Below are positions 49,737-57,860 of a stretch of 64,000 bases of DNA, in pieces. A program made the position numbers and the translations under genes. The notes beneath the pieces were generated by a model. The model had not been told where the DNA came from, did no database searches, and saw nothing but the letters and a program-made list of their open reading frames with translations. Within the stretch, counting starts at the first letter, position 1; every line of letters begins with the position of its first letter. The stretch comes from Verrucomicrobiota bacterium (lineage in GTDB: Bacteria; Verrucomicrobiota; Verrucomicrobiia; Verrucomicrobiales; DEV007), in the NCBI GenBank assembly GCA_045046875.1, contig JASFYY010000054.1:24901-88900 (forward strand), written 5' to 3'.

Positions 49737-49865
49737 CAGTTGCAAATTCAGTCGGTTTCTCCACTTCCAGACAAGGCAAATCGTAGGGTATCTGAATTTG
49801 AAGCTCATGCCGAGTCAGAAGGGTATGAGATTGTCGAAGTCTATGCAGAGCAAATTTCGGGAGGA
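49737..49865 (+). pseudogene. Decayed 5' fragment of a paralogous serine recombinase
   Basis: Translates to PVANSVGFSTSRQ, then after a frameshift VSEFEAHAESEGYEIVEVYAEQISG. The intact gene reads PVAILVRVSTSKQ...VFELEAYAKTKGYEIVKICREEISG. Confidence 0.8.
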
Positions 49866-50134
49866 ATCGAATAATTGATAGGCTCTTGCAGGAAGGAAGG
49901 AACAAGCTTTTGGGAGGGGAAATGAAATGGGGTGTCCGGTAACGGCCAGTATTGGAGAAACTCATGACCGTTGCCGTAAAATTACGAGAAAGATTTTCTA
50001 TCCAAAATGCCACTACCTTAACGAAAATGGGATTTTACAGCTCAAGGGCTGAATGCCGCCCTATCTTAGATTTTTACGTCATCCAAATCTAGCTCAATAC
50101 AGGGGTAATTACGAAGAGGGGAATTTTCAAAACG

Positions 50135-50392
50135 CTAGCGATCTTTTGAATTTTCAAATGATTTCATGAGTAGTTCGGCCTCTTTCGCTGGATCAGCTCC
50201 TAAGGCAAGGATGAGCCAATAAAACTCGATCACGTCCAAACGCCGATCACCCAATTCAATTTTGGCGATTAAGCTGTGATTCCAACCAACAGCTTTCGCC
50301 AAGTCACGTTGAGTCATTCCAGCCTTTTCCCTTAAAAGGCGTAAATGGCTTTTAAATATTTTTGATTCAGCTGAATGTAACGACTTACCCAC
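50135..50392 (-). CDS. XRE/Cro-CI helix-turn-helix regulator
   Basis: LRLLREKAGMTQRDLA...IAKIELGDRRLDVIEF. Confidence 0.9.
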   Translation of the reverse strand: MGKSLHSAESKIFKSHLRLLREKAGMTQRDLAKAVGWNHSLIAKIELGDRRLDVIEFYWLILALGADPAKEAELLMKSFENSKDR

Positions 50393-50450
50393 GCTTCGAT
50401 ATTCGGATCAAAACTGTTTGCTTCAAAAATCGAAGCAACTATATTCAAGC

Positions 50451-51497
50451 ATGGATGAATTAGAAAAAAACTCTTCAACGGAACCGAACGAAAAACAGTC
50501 AGCGCCTTTTAACGCATCAGGTGAAAAAAGAGTGGACATTGGAATTCTGCTAGCACTTTTTCTTGGATATTTTGGAGCACATCATTTCTACCTTGGGCGG
50601 TGGAAAATGGGGATAGCCTACCTAATATTGGGTTTACTCACATTTCTTTCAATCCCTCTCGCCTTGATCGATTGCTTCAGAATGAAGGGGTTGGTAGCAC
50701 GGGCGAATAACACTCAAGATTCAAGCGTGGCGACCCCGCCCTTGGCAAATGGGACATCACCAAAACAATCAACCTTACTCGGAATGCCTGCTAAATATGT
50801 TCTCGGCTTTGCAGGGGGACTTGGTGGACTGATTGTAATTATGATTGGATTCAGCACAGTTTCCACGATGAAAAACCTGAAAGAAAACCAGAAAGAGTTT
50901 GAGCTCAATCGTGATGAAATTGTAGCTGTTGCTCAAAAGGCACTTGATGAAGGGGATTTCAATAAAGCTAAATCCATAGGTCTTAAACATGAATTGTCGC
51001 ATGATCCTGAGCTTGGAAAAATACTCACTATATCGAACGCTAAATTAGCGGAAATCAAACAGAGACGCGAGGCGGCTCTAGCAGGACAACGAAAGGTTGA
51101 AAGCGAAAAGGCAAATGCTCAACGGAAAGCTGAAATCGCAAAGGCAAATGCCGAACGGGTTTCAAACATCACTTGGAGGGAATTTGATTCGATTTATAAC
51201 CTACAAAGTGACGCCACCGATTTACAAAAAGAATCAGAATGGAAAAAATACAAAGGGAAAACTATTCAATGGTCGGGGGAGGTGTTTGATATTGGCGAAT
51301 CATTTGGGAGCTTGACGCTCAGCATCAAGATGAATTCGGACACCTTCACATTCGATCTTTTGGTATTTCTTCGTAAAGAAGCAAAGGATGATGCTATTTC
51401 TCTTCGTAAAGGTGATCCTGTGACATTCCAAGCTGATTTGGATAGCTGGGGAGGATTGCTACCAACTAACCTGAAAAATGGTATTATTGTGAAATAA
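50451..51497 (+). CDS. TM2-domain membrane protein with coiled coil and C-terminal OB-fold-like domain
   Basis: LLALFLGYFGAHHFYLG TM2 motif, further TM, coiled coil, YKGKTIQWSGEV...LRKGDPVTF. Confidence 0.75.
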   Translation: MDELEKNSSTEPNEKQSAPFNASGEKRVDIGILLALFLGYFGAHHFYLGRWKMGIAYLILGLLTFLSIPLALIDCFRMKGLVARANNTQDSSVATPPLANGTSPKQSTLLGMPAKYVLGFAGGLGGLIVIMIGFSTVSTMKNLKENQKEFELNRDEIVAVAQKALDEGDFNKAKSIGLKHELSHDPELGKILTISNAKLAEIKQRREAALAGQRKVESEKANAQRKAEIAKANAERVSNITWREFDSIYNLQSDATDLQKESEWKKYKGKTIQWSGEVFDIGESFGSLTLSIKMNSDTFTFDLLVFLRKEAKDDAISLRKGDPVTFQADLDSWGGLLPTNLKNGIIVK

Positions 51498-51712
51498 CCA
51501 TCATAGATGGGCTGAGATACCACAGGTTATACGGTGTTGCTTGATACGTCGTGGCTTTAGATCATTCAGCATGAATTAAAGAGTAATGTTCTTGAAAAGA
51601 AGAGGGTTAAATGGTAAGCTTATCAAGCTAGGTATTTGCATCCTAGTTGCAAATTTTGTTTTTTATCTCCTTATACATAGTAGGGGAGAAGGGATACGTG
51701 AAGACAATATCA

Positions 51713-53014
51713 CTAATCATGAGGGAATACTTCATTTAGGCATGTAAGATAGTGAAGAGGCAAAATAGAAGCGCCTTGAACTCTACTCCCTATTAGCACG
51801 CCACGACTTTTCAATCTTCTCACCAAGTTCGTCATCTTATGATTAGTTGGGGTGATACCCCGATTACTAATGAGAAGATTTATAACTGTCTTTGCTTGCT
51901 GTGTTGATTCAGAGGCATCCAATATTAATCCGAGGAGAGTATGAAGATCTGAATTGGAGTTCTCGATTTCTCTGATCTCCTCAAATATTGTTTCCATTTT
52001 CCCCGTTTCTTCGCCGCATAGGAATTGACACAGCTGAGGGAGGAATCGAAATCTTAGTTCGGTAGATTTATGTCCGTCCTCAATGGAGTAATGTTGAAGA
52101 TTGAATTTTAATTCAAGTCTGACTCTTTTTTCCGTCTTTGCATAAACGCAGATTTCGAGCCCTTGATTGAATTTCGTTCGGATGGAAGGACAATTTACTT
52201 CCCTGTCACGAATGATAGTGGGATAGAAGGAAAGTGAATTTGAGCGTCCTATACGGGCAATTATTGGTTCGATTGCTCTGACTCTTTCAACGGCGTCTTC
52301 GTCTGCCACTTCCCAATAGACTTCGACATAGGAGACATTGACATCAGGACTGAATGATCCCTCCATTGAATCGCCGGTATTTCTATTGGCTCTCTGAAAT
52401 TCCGAGGTAAGAGTGGTTACAATGCCTCCCCAATATTGTTCGACGAGGCTATTCCATTTCTCCGGTTGAGAATAGGTTTCTTCAGCTACACCAGTCAGAA
52501 TATTATCATTGCCATCAAGGGCTGGAAATGGCTCTTTGCGGCGGGCAACCGCATTCGTCCAGATTTTGTATTGGCCAGTTCCACTAGGATGCTGATGGTG
52601 GGCGAACCGAGTTGGGTTGATTGATAACTCCGCCCTAATTTCGACTATCTTAAATTCGGAATTGGGAGGCTGGTGAATCTTTGTGATAATTAAAGATCCC
52701 GAAAATAGTGGAAAGCCCGGCAATCTTCCATATTTCCTATGATCCTTTGTCCGTATGGTGAGTGTAGTTCGATTTCCGGTTCCTCGACGGTTATTGAAGA
52801 TCCAGCCAAATTGGGCGTAAATGCCATCTTCACCTAGAGGCGTCACATCAATGTGATCGACAGGATTTCGGCGGGACATCGGCTGAAGAGCGGCTAGGAA
52901 CACCTCTAAGTCATTCTTATCACGATATTGAAATATCCAAACGCCCAAAGTGACTTCAATCTTGTCGAGTTTGGCATTTGCCGCAGTAGGGGATTCATCG
53001 AAACCTGATAGCAT
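51713..53014 (-). CDS. Hypothetical protein, possible replication initiator
   Basis: 433-aa ORF. ELSINPTRF and VYAKTEKRVRLELKF resemble the NP and YxK...RxE motifs of Rep_trans/phage gpII-type initiators. Possible C-terminal winged helix. Confidence 0.4.
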   Translation of the reverse strand: MLSGFDESPTAANAKLDKIEVTLGVWIFQYRDKNDLEVFLAALQPMSRRNPVDHIDVTPLGEDGIYAQFGWIFNNRRGTGNRTTLTIRTKDHRKYGRLPGFPLFSGSLIITKIHQPPNSEFKIVEIRAELSINPTRFAHHQHPSGTGQYKIWTNAVARRKEPFPALDGNDNILTGVAEETYSQPEKWNSLVEQYWGGIVTTLTSEFQRANRNTGDSMEGSFSPDVNVSYVEVYWEVADEDAVERVRAIEPIIARIGRSNSLSFYPTIIRDREVNCPSIRTKFNQGLEICVYAKTEKRVRLELKFNLQHYSIEDGHKSTELRFRFLPQLCQFLCGEETGKMETIFEEIREIENSNSDLHTLLGLILDASESTQQAKTVINLLISNRGITPTNHKMTNLVRRLKSRGVLIGSRVQGASILPLHYLTCLNEVFPHD

Positions 53015-53206
53015 TCGTGACTAAGGCATCAATACGCCTAAATTTCGAGACGAAAAACCTGGAATACAATGATGTTTTGAGTGTTTGGATTTCGCACTTC
53101 TGGATTTCTTGTGAGAGCAGGTTGGAGCCTGACTTTTCACGGAAGGCTTGGATGGGAATTGAATCTCATTCTCTCGTAGCAATAACTTTCATTCTTGGAA
53201 TTAGGC

Positions 53207-53340
53207 TTGACCCATTTGTCGAAATTAGTAAAATCGAGCGTAACCCCGCGAGCTTCAGTGAACCTGCAATAACAGCAGGTCACTGAGCTCGGGATTTCCG
53301 AAATCAGGGTAGGGGTGATATAATAAAACTATTTGTGCCC
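53207..53340 (+). promoter_or_regulatory. Promoter + attI-like cassette platform, right-facing copy
   Basis: TTGACC-N16-TAAAAT, AATCGAGCGTAACCCCGCGAGCTTCA (24/26 identical to the left copy), TCCGAAATCAGGGTAGGGGT (17/20). Directly precedes the first cassette gene. Confidence 0.65.
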
Positions 53341-53347
53341 AAAAAAA

Positions 53348-54031
53348 ATGGCGAAGAAGCGCATCGCAATTCCCAAGCAAACAGAGAAGCGAGCCTTTCA
53401 GGAAGTCGGCTCGGCTTGCGGTTTTTGCCGAGAGAGCGAGATCGCTTCTCTCCAAGTTCATCATATTGACGAAGATCCCTCAAATAACGATTTGGGGAAT
53501 CTGTTGGTCGTTTGTAGCAACTGTCATGGGAAGATATCGGAAGGAGTCATATCTCAATCCGATGTGATGCTCCGGAAGCGTATGGTGCAGGCTGGCGCTC
53601 ATACGGAATCATCGAAGCCCACCAGAGATTCAGTCACTGTGAATGTGGCAGACTCCAGCTTCCAAGGAGACGTGGCGCACACGATAAACAACATTTCCAC
53701 ACCGAAAACTCCGAGGATTCAGCATCCTGAGGGTTCGCTAGGGGCGGATCTAGAGCGGAAGGGATATATCGATTATCTGATCACAAGATATTTTGATTTT
53801 AGAAAGGCTGACCGATCATACGGTCGAAAGACGCCATTCTCGCACGCTGTAATCCACAAGAATATTCAGAAGGAATTCGGGTTTAAGACGTTCTTCATGC
53901 CCGCGGATCGTTTTCTGGAACTTGTGATCTACTTGCAGAACTGTATTGATCGAACCGCGTTGGGGAGGAACAATCGAGCGAAAGGAAAGCGCCGATACCA
54001 TTCGTTCGAGGAACACGCCAAACGGGCATAA
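53348..54031 (+). CDS. HNH endonuclease with unknown C-terminal domain (cassette gene)
   Basis: CGFC...LQVHHID...NN...NLLVVCSNCH. Confidence 0.85.
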   Translation: MAKKRIAIPKQTEKRAFQEVGSACGFCRESEIASLQVHHIDEDPSNNDLGNLLVVCSNCHGKISEGVISQSDVMLRKRMVQAGAHTESSKPTRDSVTVNVADSSFQGDVAHTINNISTPKTPRIQHPEGSLGADLERKGYIDYLITRYFDFRKADRSYGRKTPFSHAVIHKNIQKEFGFKTFFMPADRFLELVIYLQNCIDRTALGRNNRAKGKRRYHSFEEHAKRA

Positions 54032-54161
54032 GACGTCGCAGATCAACCGACTACCCTCTGCGAATTGAAGTTTAAATGAAAGCTATTAACCTAAACCTGA
54101 AATCAAAGCTAGCCGCCTGGTAGCAGGTGACTGGACTTTGACGCCCAACTATAATCGCCCC
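54024..54161 (+). other. Degenerate attC-like site
   Basis: GTCGCAGATCAACCGACTACC...GGTAGCAGGTGACTGGACT, homologous to the site at 55435-55560. Overlaps the HNH stop codon. Confidence 0.6.
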
Positions 54162-54166
54162 TCGCC

Positions 54167-54649
54167 ATGCGAATGCACAATCATAAATGGACACTAGTAG
54201 CCGCCACAGCGGCGGTTCTGATTTGCTACAGTGCGCCATATGCAGTTTATCGGTTCTTTTACTCGGGGGCCGTTCTTGAGTATGTTGGAGGGCATGTGAT
54301 TCGACCATCATTTGTCAGCAATGACGCTCCCGCTACCACTCCGGACTTCACATTCGACGATTACTCCCGTTCGTTTGGTAGTTCCTTCCTAACAGGGAGC
54401 TTTGTATCTCAGAGTCTGGTGACTCGACTTGCCTCTTACACTGGATTGGACATTGCCGGCCCGCTGAATGACTTATTCTACCCTCTAGCTCGAATAGATC
54501 ACTTGTTTACCGGCCGCTACTGTAGGTTCAAGAATGAGGGTTGGGTGCCAATCTTCTCCAGTCATCCGTCCGTCGGCTCGGGCGTTCTAATTGATCTTTC
54601 CGCCATTGAGCAGATACAATTTGATGGGTTTATTAACACCAGCCCATGA
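54167..54649 (+). CDS. Hypothetical membrane-anchored protein (cassette gene)
   Basis: 160-aa ORF that fills the space between two attC-like sites. N-terminal hydrophobic helix. Confidence 0.6.
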   Translation: MRMHNHKWTLVAATAAVLICYSAPYAVYRFFYSGAVLEYVGGHVIRPSFVSNDAPATTPDFTFDDYSRSFGSSFLTGSFVSQSLVTRLASYTGLDIAGPLNDLFYPLARIDHLFTGRYCRFKNEGWVPIFSSHPSVGSGVLIDLSAIEQIQFDGFINTSP

Positions 54650-54670
54650 TAACGACCACAGTCAAAACGG

Positions 54671-54799
54671 GGCGAACAAGGCGCGGATGGCAACCCCCAC
54701 TAGCCCTTCTGTTTTCGATGCTTCAACTTCATTCAACCTCAACCTCGCGATCAACGCTGCCCCCCCGCTAGTGGGGTTGCCATCGCTTAATCGTTCGCC
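54671..54799 (+). other. attC site (best-preserved copy)
   Basis: GGCGAAC...GTTCGCC perfect terminal inverted cores. Inner arms GATGGCAACCCCCACTAGC / GCTAGTGGGGTTGCCATC with extrahelical bases. 129 bp. Confidence 0.85.
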
Positions 54800-55429
54800 T
54801 CAAGAATAGAGCTTCAACGCAGCACGGACTTTTGCGTCCTCGATTGATTTGTATCTCCATTTCCCCCACTCACCGTTGATATTTAGAGTGTGGTGATTTT
54901 CCTGCTTACAGATAAATACTCGCGTGTCTCCATACTTATAGAGAACGCCTTTGCTGGTATGCCTCCAACGGGGAGATTTCTGGAAGGTTCTTCTACGCAG
55001 AGCTCTCTTTCGTAGTTCGTGGGCATCTGAATTCCCTAGACGATCCGCACAGTCATAACCGACGATTATCTCACCCCATTGAGGATGCCACAACACATTA
55101 TGCCACTTCATGGATGCGCCGCATAGTTCGCAAGATGTGTCACCGCTAGATTCCTCATTTTCCCAATCTGAGTGAATCAGCGTCCAGCCTTGATTAGGAG
55201 GTATGATTCCATGCTCACGGGCATGACATCCGGAGCACAGCACTTGGCAAAACTCGATCTGATATTCCCAAGCTTTAAGGTTTGGATCGTAATGAGGGTG
55301 GTGAATTTGAAGCGTCACTCCCGTTGATCGTTTGCAGACCTCGCACTGATGCCCCGCCTTCGATAGGCATTTTTCCCGATAATCTAACCACTCTTTTTTC
55401 ATTCCCGTGTAGTTCAGAGTAACATACAA
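54800..55429 (-). CDS. HNH-type nuclease with second Zn-binding module (inverted cassette gene)
   Basis: CEVC...LQIHH...VLCSGCH, then CELCG...H...DC. Fills the space between two attC sites in antisense orientation. Confidence 0.75.
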   Translation of the reverse strand: MYVTLNYTGMKKEWLDYREKCLSKAGHQCEVCKRSTGVTLQIHHPHYDPNLKAWEYQIEFCQVLCSGCHAREHGIIPPNQGWTLIHSDWENEESSGDTSCELCGASMKWHNVLWHPQWGEIIVGYDCADRLGNSDAHELRKRALRRRTFQKSPRWRHTSKGVLYKYGDTRVFICKQENHHTLNINGEWGKWRYKSIEDAKVRAALKLYS

Positions 55430-55434
55430 CTAAA

Positions 55435-55560
55435 GTCGAACAAGAAGTCGCGGATCAACGCACTACCCGCCGCGAGGAAAAAATCCAATGAACGTTCAAG
55501 CCTTTAACCTGATTTCGGAGCGCGCTCTCGGCAGCGCGTGACTGGACTCAAACGTCTGCC
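55435..55560 (+). other. attC-like site
   Basis: GTCGAACAAGAAGTCGCGGATCAACGCACTACC...GGCAGCGCGTGACTGGACTCAAACGTCTGCC. Followed by a short ATG stub (MSYDLAALEI-stop). Confidence 0.7.
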
Positions 55561-55867
55561 TAGAAAATGAGTTACGACCTCGCAGCCCTTGAAATATAGG
55601 GTGTATTGCTGCGCAGTCCGCAATTACACCCCTAGAACAATAAGCCGCTGGGTACAGCCGCATGAAATCGCCTTTTAAATCGACAACCCACAGGGACTTG
55701 AACTACACAGGGCTGTGTTTCAGTTAAGAGGTAAACCACCCCAACGATTAACTTGATTCTAGAGACTTAAGATCTAGCCTATCTTACTCATACACAAAAC
55801 TAATACACAGAACGCCACCAAGGATCTCATAACTCATTGATTATCAACGGCAGTTTTGACGGAAACC

Positions 55868-56029
55868 CGAATCCCACCCTCTCCGCCATTATAATTTTGA
55901 ACCAAAAAAGCGCAGCACGGTTCAAAATTATAATATCGAGAGTTGGATGAGAACTTTGGTTCGAGCCGTAGCGAGTCCGCGAGCGGAGACAGGCGGAATA
56001 AAATGAAGCCAATCCCACCCTCTCCGCCA
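55868..56029 (+). repeat. attR plus tRNA-linked mini-repeat with a second tRNA 3'-end copy
   Basis: tRNA 3' end at 55868-55888 and again at 56011-56029 (19 bp). Between them is a perfect 16-bp inverted repeat (55888-55903 / 55919-55934). Confidence 0.9.
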
Positions 56030-56236
56030 TTTTACACTTAGGACTAGTTGGGACATCCTTGACCAAATCAGGCCCATAGCCCCCTTTTTCAGGGGATAGG
56101 GGCTTTTCTCCATTCAAGCCTATTTGTCCATTTATGGACACAGATGGACAAGTATTCCCAGTTTTCAGGGATGATATAAGGGATGATTGGACAGATGGTG
56201 TCTTTTCGAATGCTGCCAGAATAGGGGGGCTCCTTC

Positions 56237-56440
56237 AAAGATTGGGGACAAGGGGGTTTGCGAGCTTCAGTTTTTGATTATTGTTGCCTGACCCCATTTG
56301 GTATGACCCCATTTGGTATATCATTGAGCACCGTTGGTGCAAAAGAGATGAAAGCCAATTGTCCTGTAAGGACAAAGTGTGATAGCCCGGCGCGAAGCGC
56401 TGGGGTTAAATCGGCTTTATTACCAGCCCTAAAAGGGCGG
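56237..56440. repeat. REP/MITE-like debris
   Basis: TGACCCCATTTGGTA tandem x2 (56289-56318), hairpins CCCGGCGCGAAGCGCTGGG and GCCCTAAAAGGGC, and a 17-mer shared with 13822-13838. Confidence 0.5.
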
Positions 56441-56508
56441 AATGATGTTGAGCTGCGATAAGGGAACTTTCAAATAAACAATGGCTAACTTTTTTGTCCC
56501 GCACCCGG

Positions 56509-57810
56509 TTAGATTCGCACGAAGATTTTTTGTTTGTATAAATACCAGCAGATCAGCCAGAAGAAGAGGCCGACGGCGGAGGCTTGTATGAAGGGGGCGT
56601 TCATTTCTCCGAGTGCGTTGAAAGTTTCCGGGCCGAGGTGTTTTTTCAACAGGGAGGTGGTCCAGGGTTTCATTAACATGGCCATGAAATACATCAGCAG
56701 GGAATTCATTCCGACTACGATGAGGGGGAAGGCGCCCCAACGCCATTTGAGGACATCGACGATGCCGTAGAGTGTGGCGAGGATGAGGCAGCACCAGCCG
56801 GTGGAAAAGAGCACCCAGGATGGTGTCCAGATACGTTTGACCATGGGGATGAAACCGGAGAGATGGAGGTAGTGTCCGATGATGAGTCCGATGATTCCTC
56901 CGAGAACCAGGGTGAAAAATTTGCGCTTGTGGCTGTGCCTGGAGCGTAATAGTTCACCGCACATCAGGCCAAAGATCATGGTGGCCAGTGAGGGGATGAA
57001 GTTGAGGGTTTGGTAACCTCCGGCGCTGAAGGTGAATGGCTCCTTGCGCGGGAATTTGTTGATCAGGTAGAGGTCGATGTGATGGCCGACGTTGGCGTTT
57101 TTGTGCCAGGCAGGGGCGATGTCTTTGAGATTTTCTTGTGACCATTCGGCGCTCACTCCGACTTCGGGAGCGCCTTTTTCGATGTCGAGCCCGGTATTGG
57201 GTTCGTAGCTGTAGAATCCCCAGGTGCCGACTAATATAAGGATGACGCCGAGAGCTTGGGCTTTCCATGGGAAACCCCAGAATATAAACAAAAAGCTGTA
57301 ACCGAGCCCGATTTGGCTGAGCACGTTCATGAACCACCAGTTGGTTTGGTCCTTGCCGTTGGAGCTGAGCAATACCCCTAATAATATCAGCACGAGGGAT
57401 CGCCACAGGGCATGTCCGAACATGCGAAACCAGGAGTGGCCCAAGGAGGCGCGCTTGGTATAGGAGTAGGCCATCGAGACGCCGACCATGAACATGAAGG
57501 AGGGTTGGATGAGATCCCAGTAGCCGAAACCTGTCCATTCGACATGATGGAAGTTGTGGAGAATGTTTTGCCACAAATTGGAATCCGGATTTTCTGCCAG
57601 ATGATTTTTGGCGGTGCCGTAGAGCCCGAATCCGCCAAAGGCCAGGGAGATCATGATCAGGCCGCGATAGGCGTCCAGAGAGTGCAGGCGAGGGTGTTTT
57701 TCCTTCAGCCGCTTTTTCTTGGCGGGTATTTTTTTTCCAGGTGAGGTGGGGGCTGGAGGGGTTGCCTGCTTTTCAGCAGACTCCGAGGGGGTAATCTTGG
57801 TCGTGGCCAT
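56509..57810 (-). CDS. Membrane acyltransferase (HGSNAT-like / DUF5009)
   Basis: RLHSLDAYRG, HVEWTG..WDLIQPSFMFMVGVS, NVLSQIGL, KRIWTPSW, VGMNS. Confidence 0.88.
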   Translation of the reverse strand: MATTKITPSESAEKQATPPAPTSPGKKIPAKKKRLKEKHPRLHSLDAYRGLIMISLAFGGFGLYGTAKNHLAENPDSNLWQNILHNFHHVEWTGFGYWDLIQPSFMFMVGVSMAYSYTKRASLGHSWFRMFGHALWRSLVLILLGVLLSSNGKDQTNWWFMNVLSQIGLGYSFLFIFWGFPWKAQALGVILILVGTWGFYSYEPNTGLDIEKGAPEVGVSAEWSQENLKDIAPAWHKNANVGHHIDLYLINKFPRKEPFTFSAGGYQTLNFIPSLATMIFGLMCGELLRSRHSHKRKFFTLVLGGIIGLIIGHYLHLSGFIPMVKRIWTPSWVLFSTGWCCLILATLYGIVDVLKWRWGAFPLIVVGMNSLLMYFMAMLMKPWTTSLLKKHLGPETFNALGEMNAPFIQASAVGLFFWLICWYLYKQKIFVRI

Positions 57811-57860
57811 AGGCGGAGAATGTAGCGGGAGGAATCCGATGTGGCAACCACGAATAGCCT

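Larger units (their letters stand above)
44477..49749. mobile_element. Nested serine-recombinase-bounded unit (5,249 bp between CA cores)
   Basis: Left site GAATTTGCAAC-CA-GTTACAAAAAA (44477-44500) and right site TTTTTTGTAAC-CA-GTTGCAAATTC (49726-49749). Arms are swapped perfect inverted repeats around the same 2-bp core. A serine recombinase gene sits at the right end. Confidence 0.7.

Noticed and set aside
44477..49749. Invertible segment
   Set aside because: The arms look inverted, but the asymmetric CA cores are in direct orientation, which predicts excision/integration rather than inversion.
55827..56141. ORFs containing repeated MAERVG
   Set aside because: These are antisense translations of the tRNA 3'-end repeats.
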